A stretch of DNA of 62,940 nt, filler included, from Candidatus Woesearchaeota archaeon (lineage in GTDB: Archaea; Nanobdellota; Nanobdellia; Woesearchaeales; BM511): the NCBI GenBank assembly GCA_023266675.1. It is 5 parts of 5 records of this genome, joined end to end, with 100 filler letters (N's around TTAATTAATTAA, not from the genome) between each part and the next. Parts side by side here need not be neighbours in the genome. Positions count along the whole stretch, not along the records: positions 38,559 to 50,750 come from JAHFPP010000042.1; positions 50,851 to 62,940 come from JAHFPP010000043.1; 3 more parts are not named here. One strand, written 5' to 3'. Shown here piece by piece: positions 46,752 through 56,162 of the stretch (positions within the stretch are counted from its first letter, which is position 1; every line of letters starts with the position of its first letter). The notes below the pieces were generated by a model that was not told where the DNA came from, made no database searches, and was given only the letters and a program-made list of their open reading frames with translations. Made by a program: the position numbers and the translations under genes.

Positions 46752-47513
46752 ATGGTTTCTTTTTCTGATCTATTTTTTGCTTTCACTTATGGTCTTAGCA
46801 GTTCATTAACTTTATGCCTTGCTTCATGCCTTCCAGTTTATCTTCCAATACTTTTTGGATATGGAGATGATGCTAAAAAAGGATTTAAACTTTCGCTTGG
46901 GTTTGCAATAGGGAGGTTTTTAGGATATATAACGCTTGGCATGATTGCAGCAGCTCTCGGAGCAGCATTCTTCCATTTTTTTAACAATATTTTTCCAAAG
47001 GTATCAACATGGTTGATATTCATATTTGGGATACTCACAATATTTTATGGAACTTTGATACTTGCAAAAGCTGAGTTTAAGATGTTTCATAAAAAGTCAT
47101 GCAAATCTTACTTAAAAAACACAAACAAGGCAAACAATCCTTTCTTTGCAGCAGGGTTTTTGGGTTATATCTCAACAATAACACCGTGTGTTCCGGTGTT
47201 TACATTTCTTCTTTTGCCTTTCGCGCTTGGAAAAATCTTTGACACAACGCTATTAACTGTAGCCTTTGGTCTTGGAGCAAATGTTGTGTTTATAGTTATA
47301 GGCGTCATGGTTGCGGTTGGCATGAAAAACGTGCAGAACAATTTTCATCAATGGAAAAGAAGGCTTGAGGTAGTTAGCGGTGTTATACTTATAATATTTG
47401 GATTTTTTTATATCATCTGGGTGCTTGGCCCACTATTATTCCACTGGCAGTACAACAACTTTGTTTTGCCGACAGCGTTTGACTTTATTGATTTTTTAAA
47501 ATCATTTTTTTAA
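46752..47513 (+). CDS. CcdA/DsbD-like transmembrane electron-transfer protein
   Basis: CLASCLP and TPCVP in TM helices; FGLG; ~6 TM segments. Confidence 0.75.
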   Translation: MVSFSDLFFAFTYGLSSSLTLCLASCLPVYLPILFGYGDDAKKGFKLSLGFAIGRFLGYITLGMIAAALGAAFFHFFNNIFPKVSTWLIFIFGILTIFYGTLILAKAEFKMFHKKSCKSYLKNTNKANNPFFAAGFLGYISTITPCVPVFTFLLLPFALGKIFDTTLLTVAFGLGANVVFIVIGVMVAVGMKNVQNNFHQWKRRLEVVSGVILIIFGFFYIIWVLGPLLFHWQYNNFVLPTAFDFIDFLKSFF

Positions 47514-47526
47514 TATTTCTCTAGAA

Positions 47527-47979
47527 TTATTTTTTATATTCAAATTCCACTTTACCTTTTAATTTATCGTAATTCTGCTGGCATGTTGGCGAAAGTGCGT
47601 TTAAAAAACCCATTTGTTCTCTTTTAAACTCAATTTCTCCTATTCCATAAGTGTGTATATTTAAAAAAGCATCAACATTCTTGCCATTGCTTGAATATGT
47701 GATAAATTTTCTGTGCGATATAAATTTACCTGATTTCTCAACTTTTTTCTGCTCTGCAAATGAATAATTTTCTATGTCAACACTATTTTTTACTTTAAAA
47801 CTTATTTTGGACACTTTCCACTGTCTGTATCGTTTGTTTATTAAGTCTTTATCTGTCATATCTTCAGCTATATAGCATTCGCTTGATGGTGGCAGGTAAA
47901 CATTTTTTGCTGCCTCTGCATATTGTGGCTGCGCTGCCAAAGCACCAACTATTGCGCACAGTGCGATTGTTTTATTCAT
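47527..47979 (-). CDS. Secreted hypothetical protein (paralog A)
   Basis: Signal peptide; NVYLP..CY..GFLNALSPTCQQNYDK. Confidence 0.7.
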   Translation of the reverse strand: MNKTIALCAIVGALAAQPQYAEAAKNVYLPPSSECYIAEDMTDKDLINKRYRQWKVSKISFKVKNSVDIENYSFAEQKKVEKSGKFISHRKFITYSSNGKNVDAFLNIHTYGIGEIEFKREQMGFLNALSPTCQQNYDKLKGKVEFEYKK

Positions 47980-48052
47980 TGTATCAATTAACCTCTATGA
48001 TTTGTTTATCACTTTTTACTAAATATTATTTTAAAAAATATCATATTCTCTT

Positions 48053-48496
48053 TTATCGCCTGTAAGGCTCTATTATTATCCTTGTTTTTATCTTGTCATA
48101 ATTCTGCTGGCAGCTTGGAGCTAGCCCGTTTAAATATCCAGATTGCTCTCCATTATATGCAGTTGTTAAACTTGCGTCAATACTGTTACCAATATTATTA
48201 TTAGAATAAATGTCTATTTTCCAGCCGAAACCTTGTTCAAAATCTTTTCTTTCTCCAAATTCTCCAACGTTGATTTTTTCACCGTATTTCACTTTGAACT
48301 CAAGACGTGTTACTTCTCCTTTCTTGTATCTGTGTTTAGCAGATACTTTGTTTAATATTTTATCAGGATCATAGCATTTGCTTACAGATGGCAGATACAC
48401 ATTTCCTGGTTTTTTGTCTGCAGCAACTGCATAATCTGGATTTACAGTTGTTAGCGCCGCAGCGATTGTTAATGCGCATAGTGTTAAATTTTTCAT
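48053..48496 (-). CDS. Secreted hypothetical protein (paralog B)
   Basis: Signal peptide; NVYLP..CY..GYLNGLAPSCQQNYDK. Confidence 0.7.
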   Translation of the reverse strand: MKNLTLCALTIAAALTTVNPDYAVAADKKPGNVYLPSVSKCYDPDKILNKVSAKHRYKKGEVTRLEFKVKYGEKINVGEFGERKDFEQGFGWKIDIYSNNNIGNSIDASLTTAYNGEQSGYLNGLAPSCQQNYDKIKTRIIIEPYRR

Positions 48497-48590
48497 AGTA
48501 TTACCTCTATCAATCTAGTAACGGTTTTTACTTTATAAACTTTTCGATTATTAACTACTATTAAGTAACTAAATAATCTATCTATATTGT

Positions 48591-49568
48591 TCAATGTTTA
48601 ACCATTACAGCGGCTTTTTTCAGAAGTTTTTTGCAGTAGTCGCATGATTCACATTCATTGTCGCAGCTCCAAAGCATCTCCCCAAAACCTTCTTTGTTAA
48701 GAATTTTATTATCTATACTCTTAAAATGTTCAAAAAGCCCTTTCGTGCTTAGCAAAAAAAGAAGGTCGCCGTCAAACCTCTCATTTATGTAGGCGTTAAG
48801 GATGAATATTATCTTGTCAGTTCTTGTTGTTCTTGTCGAGAGCTTGTAGTAATCCACAACTCCGTCGTACTTTTTTAAATCTTCAGGGCGTATGAAAGGT
48901 ATTTGGAAAACCTTCTCGGGAAATTCTCTGTAAATATTTACACATGAAGTTTCATCAAAATAGTCAGTGTCCTTGCCATGCGAGATCATGTTGAAATGCG
49001 CATGCCTGTAAGGGCAGTTTTTCAGGCATCCCTCGTTTAACACTGCTTTTATCTGTGCGCCTGTGTCTTTTTTTATTTTTTTTATTAATTTTATATCTCT
49101 GTTTATGTCTCTGTCAATTGTTATTACATCAACACCAAGGTGTTTTAGGTATTTTGCGTGCTCAGAATTCTTCACGTAGCAGTTTATCGATGAGTGGATG
49201 ATTAACCCAGGCACTTCTTTTTTTATCCTTTGGATGTGTATTGGGTTTGTGACTGAAACGCTGCATAGTCCGATTTTCTTTAGTTTTTTAAGATACAACA
49301 TAATTGTGCCAGAATATTTTTTCTCACCAGTATCATCGCCTTCACATGTTGCATTTAAAAGAAGATTTGAACTTACATCATTTTTTTTACAAGTCTTAAT
49401 TAACTCTTCAATTGTTTTTTCATAATTCTCTTCTTCAAAAATTACCCTGCCAGAACCCATAACCTTCTTTGGCGGTTGAAAATATATCTCATGCACATAC
49501 CCTTTTAAAAGAGGTATCATTTCAATAAAACTTTTTGTGTGATTGTAGCCAATTGAAAACTTTCTCAT
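48591..49568 (-). CDS. Peptidase U32-family (Fe-S) protein
   Basis: NLLLNATC, IDRDINRD, NEGCLKNCPYRHAH, FIRPEDL, C-terminal CxxxCxxCxxC. Confidence 0.8.
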   Translation of the reverse strand: MRKFSIGYNHTKSFIEMIPLLKGYVHEIYFQPPKKVMGSGRVIFEEENYEKTIEELIKTCKKNDVSSNLLLNATCEGDDTGEKKYSGTIMLYLKKLKKIGLCSVSVTNPIHIQRIKKEVPGLIIHSSINCYVKNSEHAKYLKHLGVDVITIDRDINRDIKLIKKIKKDTGAQIKAVLNEGCLKNCPYRHAHFNMISHGKDTDYFDETSCVNIYREFPEKVFQIPFIRPEDLKKYDGVVDYYKLSTRTTRTDKIIFILNAYINERFDGDLLFLLSTKGLFEHFKSIDNKILNKEGFGEMLWSCDNECESCDYCKKLLKKAAVMVKH

Positions 49569-49679
49569 GGATTTAAAATTATAAAAAGTGTATATAATGC
49601 TTCCTTTTTGAAATTTTACGATATCAATAAAAAATAAATTTAGAAAATAGAAGATAAATAAAAAAGAAAAAATATAAAA

Positions 49680-50543
49680 TTACTCTTTTATCATCTTCGC
49701 GACGTAAAATCCCTGGGTCATCGTCTTGTTTGGCCAAAGGCGCCGTGTTATGCTTGTTGTTTCCTCAAGGCCAGCGTCACCAATGTCAAGCTTGAAATCT
49801 ATCAGCTCAACATCAAGGTTTGATACTGCCCATTCAATTACCTTCTCATCCTCTTCTTTCTCAAGAGAGCATGTCGAATATACTAATGTGCCTCCTTTCT
49901 TCAAAACCCTCACCCCACTTCTAAGAAGCTTTTGTTGTATAAAAGCTTTTTCATTGAAATCTTCAACCTTTCTTTTGTTAAACCAGTCTTTGTCGATACA
50001 AAAGTTGCCTGAGCATGGTGCATCGAGTAAAACTTTGTCAAACTGCATATTTAAGTCGCTAGCATAATTTGCGTCTTTATTGTATACAATAATATTGCTG
50101 CAGCCCATTCGTTCTATATTGTTTTTTAGGCTTGTGAGTCTATCAGTTTTCACGTCAAGAGCGACTATAATACCTGTATTATTCATTAACATGGATAACT
50201 GGGTTGTTTTTCCGCCAGGCGCCGCCGCCATATCTAATACAGTTTCACCAGGTTTTGGGTCAAGAATCATTGCAGGAATCTGTGACGCCGCGTCCTGCAG
50301 ATAAAAATATCCCTGAAGATACTCAGGTGTTGATGCAAGCGCAAAATCAGATAAATAAAAGTAAGCGTTTTTCAGCCATGAAACTTTTTGAAGCCTTACA
50401 CCTTTCGCTTTAAGCCTTTTCACAAGCTCTTCCTCAGTGATTTTTAGCGTGTTGACTCTAAGAGCAGGCTTCACTTTGACATTTGCAGGGTCAAAATCAT
50501 TCCCCCACTCCTTGTATCTTTTTAAAAAAACGTTTGTTTTCAT
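49680..50543 (-). CDS. RsmB/NOP2 family RNA m5C methyltransferase
   Basis: QDAASQ, LDMAAAPGGKT, DAPCSG, YSTCS. Confidence 0.95.
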   Translation of the reverse strand: MKTNVFLKRYKEWGNDFDPANVKVKPALRVNTLKITEEELVKRLKAKGVRLQKVSWLKNAYFYLSDFALASTPEYLQGYFYLQDAASQIPAMILDPKPGETVLDMAAAPGGKTTQLSMLMNNTGIIVALDVKTDRLTSLKNNIERMGCSNIIVYNKDANYASDLNMQFDKVLLDAPCSGNFCIDKDWFNKRKVEDFNEKAFIQQKLLRSGVRVLKKGGTLVYSTCSLEKEEDEKVIEWAVSNLDVELIDFKLDIGDAGLEETTSITRRLWPNKTMTQGFYVAKMIKE

Positions 50544-50750
50544 TTTAGTCTCCTGACTAAAAATTCTGCTGTATTATTTATAACCTTGTTAAAATCTTTT
50601 TTGTTTGTATAATTGTGGTCAGCATTTTTTAAGATTATAAGCTGGCTGTTTTTAATATGCTTTTTTAGTTTTAATGAATATTTTATATTAACAGATTTGT
50701 CTTTGTCCCCATGGATTATCAGCGTGTTTGCGGTTATCTTTTTGTATAAC
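50540..50750 (-). CDS. Alpha/beta hydrolase, C-terminal fragment
   Basis: Read manually: TLIIHGDKDKSV..KNADHNY; ATGA overlap with the downstream gene. Confidence 0.7.
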
Positions 50751-50850
50751 NNNNNNNNNNNNNNNNNNNNNNNNNNNNNNNNNNNNNNNNNNNNTTAATT
50801 AATTAANNNNNNNNNNNNNNNNNNNNNNNNNNNNNNNNNNNNNNNNNNNN
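50751..50850. other. Artificial contig linker
   Basis: N44-TTAATTAATTAA-N44. Confidence 0.99.
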
Positions 50851-50851
50851 T

Positions 50852-51532
50852 CCTCGAAGCAGAAGCTATGACGTTCTTGAAAGCCTTGAAAAAAAAGGCT
50901 TTGTAATAATGAAAATAGGAAAACCGATAAAATACATCGCTGTTCCTCCAAAAGAAGTTGTAGAAAGAGTAAAAAAGAAAATAAATGAAGATGCTCATTT
51001 TAAGCAAAGAATGCTTGAAGACATAAAAAGCAGTGAAATACTTGACGAATTAACACTTTTACATAATCAGGGAGTTGAACTTGTAGAACCAACAGACCTT
51101 GCAGGTTCTGTCAAAGGAAGAGACAATGTTTACAATCATTTTGAATTAATGATTAATACAGCTTCTGAATCAATTATTATAATGACTACAGAACAGGGAT
51201 TTTTAAGAAAAGCTATTGAACTTAAAAAAACACTTCTTAAAGCAAAACAAAGAGGAGTTGAAATAAGAATAGCAACAATTTTAACTGACAAAAACAGACA
51301 CCTTGTCAGTGAACTTAAGGATCTGGCCGAAGTAAGAAATGTCGAAGACATCAAAGCAAGATTTATGATAATTGACGGAAACGAACTTATCTTCATGCTT
51401 CTTGATGATGAAAAAGTACATGAATCATATGATGTTGGAGTATGGGTAAATACACCATTCTTTACAACAGCACTTGTAGGACTTTTTGAACTTGCATGGA
51501 AAAACATGAAAAAAGTAACAGTTAAAAATTAA
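50852..51532 (+). CDS. TrmB family transcription regulator, 5'-truncated
   Basis: PRSRSYDVLESLEKKGFV..GKPIKY; PLD-like effector domain. Confidence 0.88.
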   Translation, partial: PRSRSYDVLESLEKKGFVIMKIGKPIKYIAVPPKEVVERVKKKINEDAHFKQRMLEDIKSSEILDELTLLHNQGVELVEPTDLAGSVKGRDNVYNHFELMINTASESIIIMTTEQGFLRKAIELKKTLLKAKQRGVEIRIATILTDKNRHLVSELKDLAEVRNVEDIKARFMIIDGNELIFMLLDDEKVHESYDVGVWVNTPFFTTALVGLFELAWKNMKKVTVKN

Positions 51533-51698
51533 TTTATTTATTTTATTATTTTATATGGCTTTTTATATAGCTTATTCTCTAAATATACTTGTTTTTTTCT
51601 AACCGATACTTTTAAATACTTACTAACTCAAACAATAATTAGTTCCTATCATACTTACAATAATAATATTATAGGAATAAAAAATGAGGTGAAGATTA

Positions 51699-51917
51699 AT
51701 GGCTTACGATGATATGATCCCAATAATACTATCAGTTATAATAGGGACACTTGCAGCGATAGTATACAGTCTTAGAGTTCTTATATTAATGGAAAGAAGA
51801 ATAGCAAGAATGGATGAAAATATTGCAGCAATGACTAAAAGCGTTCTTACAGAAGAAACAAAAATAGAACATGAAGAACAGGTTATTGAGAAAAAATTAG
51901 GATTAAAGAAAAAATAA
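51699..51917 (+). CDS. Small single-TM coiled-coil protein
   Basis: GAGGTGA SD; IIGTLAAIVYSLRVLILMERRIA. Confidence 0.7.
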   Translation: MAYDDMIPIILSVIIGTLAAIVYSLRVLILMERRIARMDENIAAMTKSVLTEETKIEHEEQVIEKKLGLKKK

Positions 51918-52002
51918 TAACGATTTTTTTATTTAATTTAATTATTCTTATTCTACTTAAAATTCAAAAACTATAAAAACCAACGTCTTTAATTTATTGA
52001 AT

Positions 52003-52629
52003 ATGTTGAAGCACACTTCTTTTAAGCACGGATGGTTTTACCATTACAGAATTCATATTAATAAAACTGAAGAACTTTGCACTAATTATCAGACGCTTTA
52101 TTCTTATCTTTATGAAATGTTTGACAAATGCCCAAATGAATATTTTAATTCAGGACCTCGTTCGTCAGCGCTAAGAATGGATTTGGGGATTCCTTTGGAA
52201 AATGAGGTAAATCACAAGGTTTGTCTTCTTGCAAAAGAAGGACTTACATTAAATGAGTATAAAACCCCTCATTCAAACGTTCAGATGTTTATGCTTAACT
52301 TTGACAAGCATACTTTAGGCATTGAAGTACCAATATGGCTTATGCCTCATGAATTTGACGGGTTTTTGGAGTTTTTTAAGGAAGATTTTCCATTGACAGG
52401 GCACATAGACGTGCTTCAGATAAAAGACGGAAAAATCTGGATATGGGATTACAAACCTAAAGCCCACCTTGAAAAATATGCTAAAACACAGACATATTTT
52501 TACGCGCTCATGCTTTCCAAAAGAACAAATATACCTCTTTCAAATTTTATGTGCGGGTATTTTGATAACAAGCAGGCATATACTTTTAATCCTTCAGATG
52601 TCAAAATTGAAATTCCGGTTCTTCTTTAA
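52003..52629 (+). CDS. PD-(D/E)XK nuclease-like protein
   Basis: IEVPIW..TGHID..WDYKP..QTYFYA. Confidence 0.75.
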   Translation: MLKHTSFKHGWFYHYRIHINKTEELCTNYQTLYSYLYEMFDKCPNEYFNSGPRSSALRMDLGIPLENEVNHKVCLLAKEGLTLNEYKTPHSNVQMFMLNFDKHTLGIEVPIWLMPHEFDGFLEFFKEDFPLTGHIDVLQIKDGKIWIWDYKPKAHLEKYAKTQTYFYALMLSKRTNIPLSNFMCGYFDNKQAYTFNPSDVKIEIPVLL

Positions 52630-52678
52630 CCAATAGTAGTTACTAATCTTTAAATACAGCATAAAGGAATAATATACC

Positions 52679-53605
52679 ATGATTGACCAAATAGTGAAGG
52701 ATATACAGGAATTGAAGATACAAGGAGCTGAAAACGTTGCAAAAGCGGCTGTAAATGCAATTTCTGAAATTCTTGAAACATCAATATTTGACCAAAAGAA
52801 AATTTATCAGGACCTGATTATTGCAAGAGATAAGCTTGAAAAGACAAGGCCGACAGAACCATGCCTAAGAAATACATTAACACTTCTTTTTTATGACGTC
52901 AATGAAACAAATGTTAAAGATGCCATGCGAAAAAATATTTTAAAGGCAGATGAGCATTTTAAGACTACAAAAAGCATAATCTCTGAATTCGGGTCGCGCA
53001 AAATAAAGGATGGTATGGTTGTTTTTACGCATTGCCATTCAAGCGCTGTAATGGATATTTTAAAAGAGGCAAAGCGAAAAAAAATAAACTTTTCACTAAA
53101 AAATACTGAAACACGGCCTCTTTTTCAGGGAAGACTTACAGCAACTGAAATGATAAATGAAGGAATACCAGTTGAGCATTTCATAGATTCAGCAGGACGT
53201 CTGGCGGTCAAAAAATCAGACATAATGATGATAGGCGCTGATGCGATAACATCTGAAGGATACGTTATAAACAAGATAGGTTCAGAGCTTTTTGCAGAAA
53301 CAGCGCATAACAGGGAAGTTCCTGTCTATATTTGCACAGATTCATGGAAGTTTGATATAAACACTGTTTTTGCGTATGATGAAGTGATAGAAAAACGCCA
53401 TGAAGAGGAGATATGGAAGGATAAGCCAAAAGGTGTCAAGATATCAAATTACGCATTTGAATCAATAAGTCCTGAACTAATCACTGGAATAATCTCTGAG
53501 CTTGGGGTCTATAATCCTCACACATTCATTCTTGAAATGGAAAGAAATTATCCATGGCTATTTCACACTAAAAGGAAAAAAATTCTTCCACTAAAAAACC
53601 TTTAG
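52679..53605 (+). CDS. Ribose-1,5-bisphosphate isomerase / eIF2B-like protein
   Basis: IQGA, RPTEP, THCHSS, ETRPLFQG, GADAI, NKIGS. Confidence 0.88.
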   Translation: MIDQIVKDIQELKIQGAENVAKAAVNAISEILETSIFDQKKIYQDLIIARDKLEKTRPTEPCLRNTLTLLFYDVNETNVKDAMRKNILKADEHFKTTKSIISEFGSRKIKDGMVVFTHCHSSAVMDILKEAKRKKINFSLKNTETRPLFQGRLTATEMINEGIPVEHFIDSAGRLAVKKSDIMMIGADAITSEGYVINKIGSELFAETAHNREVPVYICTDSWKFDINTVFAYDEVIEKRHEEEIWKDKPKGVKISNYAFESISPELITGIISELGVYNPHTFILEMERNYPWLFHTKRKKILPLKNL

Positions 53606-53960
53606 ATTTGCAAATTTCAAGCGTAGCAACAAAATTCTTTTCAGTTACTTTTAAATCGTCAAGCGAAAGAAAATACCACGGATTATCTGCTAGTTTTACC
53701 GCAACCCATGCTTCAGCGCCAAAGTAGTCTGAAAAAGTCTTAAGCTGGTCTATATCAGCTATTGACAGGTATTTGCTTTCGTCCTTAGTGACTTTGCACT
53801 CTACAGCAACTCTTCTTATTTTGTTTCCTGCAATTAAGTCTGGCGCTGGAAAACTCATAGAGCCTGAGCCTGCAGTTCTAAGGCACGCCCAGCCATTGTC
53901 CCAGAATTTTCTAAGAAGAAACCGCTCGCCATTGCTTCCCTTGGCTTTTGCATTAATCAT
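53568..53960 (-). CDS. hjc: Holliday junction resolvase Hjc
   Basis: KGSNGER, RTAGSG, PDLIAG, VECK. Confidence 0.93.
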   Translation of the reverse strand: MINAKAKGSNGERFLLRKFWDNGWACLRTAGSGSMSFPAPDLIAGNKIRRVAVECKVTKDESKYLSIADIDQLKTFSDYFGAEAWVAVKLADNPWYFLSLDDLKVTEKNFVATLEICKSKGFLVEEFFSF

Positions 53961-53998
53961 TTGATATTGTATAGTTTATCCGTTTAAATACTCTTTTG

Positions 53999-54210
53999 CC
54001 ACTGATGTCTATTGCCGACGATGATATCTTTTTTAAAGAGGACACAATTTGTCCAGTGACCCGCAATAAAACATGGTTTTCTGCGCACAGAAAATGCGTT
54101 TTTGCATTTTCTTGTGTTTTAATAAAGGTCAAACAAAACAGTTCGGACTATTTCAAAAAAGAAATAGTCCTTAGCATCGGTGTCAACTGTCGAAAGAGTT
54201 GGTTCAGTGG
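53999..54210 (+). ncRNA. Putative ~210-nt structured RNA or non-autonomous element, family unassigned
   Basis: Ends pair (CCACTGA/TCAGTGG); nested hairpins; G-U pairs and a C-GAAA-G tetraloop favour the + strand. Confidence 0.45.
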
Positions 54211-54751
54211 GTCTGGTGCAAAATCAGTATCTTTTAATATTAATAAAGCAAAAACTTATTTTATGAATATTTTATCAACTGCAAGAACTTTGATTATAGC
54301 GGCTTCTTTGGCTTCTTGCGCTAATCTTGAAACAAAAGTAGATACTATATCCTCTGCTAAGCTTAGCCCTTTGCAAGTGCATTTTGCAAGAAATGGAAAT
54401 CCTTTAGGAGAATATAAATGTACACCATCCGATGGATGGTTTGGGCAAGTGTATATATTCAATTCAAACTATGCAGACTCTGTTGTTTTAACTGACGAAG
54501 GTTCAAATAAAGTATTTTTTAAGTTTAAAGATTTATTTAGTGATTATGACATCACTCTTTTTACAAAATTAGATGATGTTAGGTTAATTGATTCAAAAAC
54601 ACTTCGTCCGTATGAATGTAATATATTAAATCCTTATCCAAGATATGAAATATAATTTTTTTCTTGTATTTAATAAATTTTATAATAAATTTTAAATAAA
54701 ACAGTTCGGACTATTTCAAAAAAGAAATAGTCCTTAGCATCGGTGTCAACT
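54135..54751 (+). repeat. 54-bp perfect direct repeat (54135-54188 and 54698-54751) flanking one gene
   Basis: AAAACAGTTCGGACTATTTCAAAAAAGAAATAGTCCTTAGCATCGGTGTCAACT twice; CGAAAGAGTTGGT follows both. Confidence 0.92.
54263..54655 (+). CDS. Putative lipoprotein
   Basis: MNILSTARTLIIAASLASC lipobox; the longer track ORF from 53996 reads through the structured element. Confidence 0.6.
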   Translation: MNILSTARTLIIAASLASCANLETKVDTISSAKLSPLQVHFARNGNPLGEYKCTPSDGWFGQVYIFNSNYADSVVLTDEGSNKVFFKFKDLFSDYDITLFTKLDDVRLIDSKTLRPYECNILNPYPRYEI

Positions 54752-54852
54752 CCACAAAAATGGAATTTTTGGGAACAAAAAATCAAAGATTTTTAAGTTG
54801 CCGAAAGAGTTGGTGGAAAACTATTTATACCATCAATCTCAAACAACGGGAT

Positions 54853-55704
54853 ATGGTTGTAGAATCGCTTGAAAATCCTGAGAACGCAGAGAAGAATCCA
54901 AAACATATGTTCTTGTTTGGTGTCTTATACACTTCAATAGCTATTCTAATAAGCCTTTGGGTGTTTCCAGAACAGGCATCTTTAGTGATGATATTTTTGA
55001 CGGTAATGGGAATTTTTCCATTATTCTATAAAACGATAAAGTATGAAGAATCAAAGGATATGCAGGATTATGAAGAAAGACTTTTATTAAAGGAACACTC
55101 GCGTGCTTTATCTTTTTTCATGTATTTTTTTATAGGATCAACAATATCATACGCTCTTTGGTACGTCTTTTTGCCGTCAAACATAGTTCAAAGCCTTTTT
55201 TCAACGCAGGTTACAACAATACTTCAGATAAACGGCGGCGTCACAGGATTTTCTGTTCAGGTTTTTGAAGTATTTGGAAAAATATTCTTTAACAATGTCA
55301 GAGTTCTGATTTTTTGTCTTATATTCGCATTTTTATACGGCTTTGGAGCAATATTTGTACTAACATGGAACGCGTCAGTGATTGGCGCTGCCATTGGAAA
55401 CTTTATCAGAACCAATCTATCAAATGTTTCATCATTCTTTGGAGTCCAATCAGTATTCCTGTATTTCAAGACAATCTCAATCGGGATGCTAAAATATTCA
55501 ATCCATGGAATTCCTGAGATTCTTGCTTACTTTGTAGCAGGGCTAGCTGGAGGAATAATATCTGTAGCAATAATCAAACACGACTTTAGAACAAAAAACT
55601 TTGAGAAAATAATACTTGACTCATCAGACTTGATAATAATCTCAGTACTCTTGCTTCTTGTTGCAGCAGCTTTGGAAGTGTTTGTGACTCCATTGTTTTT
55701 TTAA
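54853..55704 (+). CDS. SpoIIM/DUF95 family membrane protein
   Basis: IFFNN, WNASVIG, IHGIPEI, AALEV. Confidence 0.85.
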   Translation: MVVESLENPENAEKNPKHMFLFGVLYTSIAILISLWVFPEQASLVMIFLTVMGIFPLFYKTIKYEESKDMQDYEERLLLKEHSRALSFFMYFFIGSTISYALWYVFLPSNIVQSLFSTQVTTILQINGGVTGFSVQVFEVFGKIFFNNVRVLIFCLIFAFLYGFGAIFVLTWNASVIGAAIGNFIRTNLSNVSSFFGVQSVFLYFKTISIGMLKYSIHGIPEILAYFVAGLAGGIISVAIIKHDFRTKNFEKIILDSSDLIIISVLLLLVAAALEVFVTPLFF

Positions 55705-55711
55705 TAACAAA

Positions 55712-56035
55712 TTATTCTGAAATTCCATAGCCTAATCGAGAAATATCACAACTATTTAACCATTTCAATATCATTTCTTCTTTATCTTTATCCGTCTTAA
55801 TAAAAACTTTGTTTGGATATGAATGATTATGATTTTCTTTTTTAAATTTCATCCATGCATCAAAATCTTTTCTTGCTTTTTTCTTATATCCCTCATTCGT
55901 CTTATTTATTAAAGCATATAGAAAACCTTTGAAACCTATTCCATAATCTTCATTCTTTGGATTAGGTAAACGATAAGAAAGAATTAACCAAACAATTTCG
56001 CCTTTTTTTTTAAATTCTTTTCTTACAATAGGCAT
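55712..56035 (-). CDS. Hypothetical protein
   Basis: 107-aa ORF with an upstream TATA-like element. Confidence 0.5.
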   Translation of the reverse strand: MPIVRKEFKKKGEIVWLILSYRLPNPKNEDYGIGFKGFLYALINKTNEGYKKKARKDFDAWMKFKKENHNHSYPNKVFIKTDKDKEEMILKWLNSCDISRLGYGISE

Positions 56036-56162
56036 AAAAGATAAAAAGTAAAAAGTTTATTTAAATTTATCTGAAAATAATAAGCACTAACTGAAATGGA
56101 GTTGAGTTTTTTTAATACATATTATAGTTATGAAATTGGAGAACAAAAAGAAATTATTTTAA

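Noticed and set aside
13059..50850. TTAATTAATTAA repeats inside N runs, and track ORFs containing X
   Set aside because: Artificial six-frame-stop linkers; adjacency across them is not biological
54135..54210. Group I intron core (GACTA..TAGTCC resembles P7 R/S)
   Set aside because: The two halves form a simple hairpin with no room for P3/P8, and no interrupted host gene is evident
53999..54210. RNase P RNA
   Set aside because: Only partial echoes (CACAGAAA, ACAAAACAG); no GAGGAAAGUCC-type CR-I and no convincing P4
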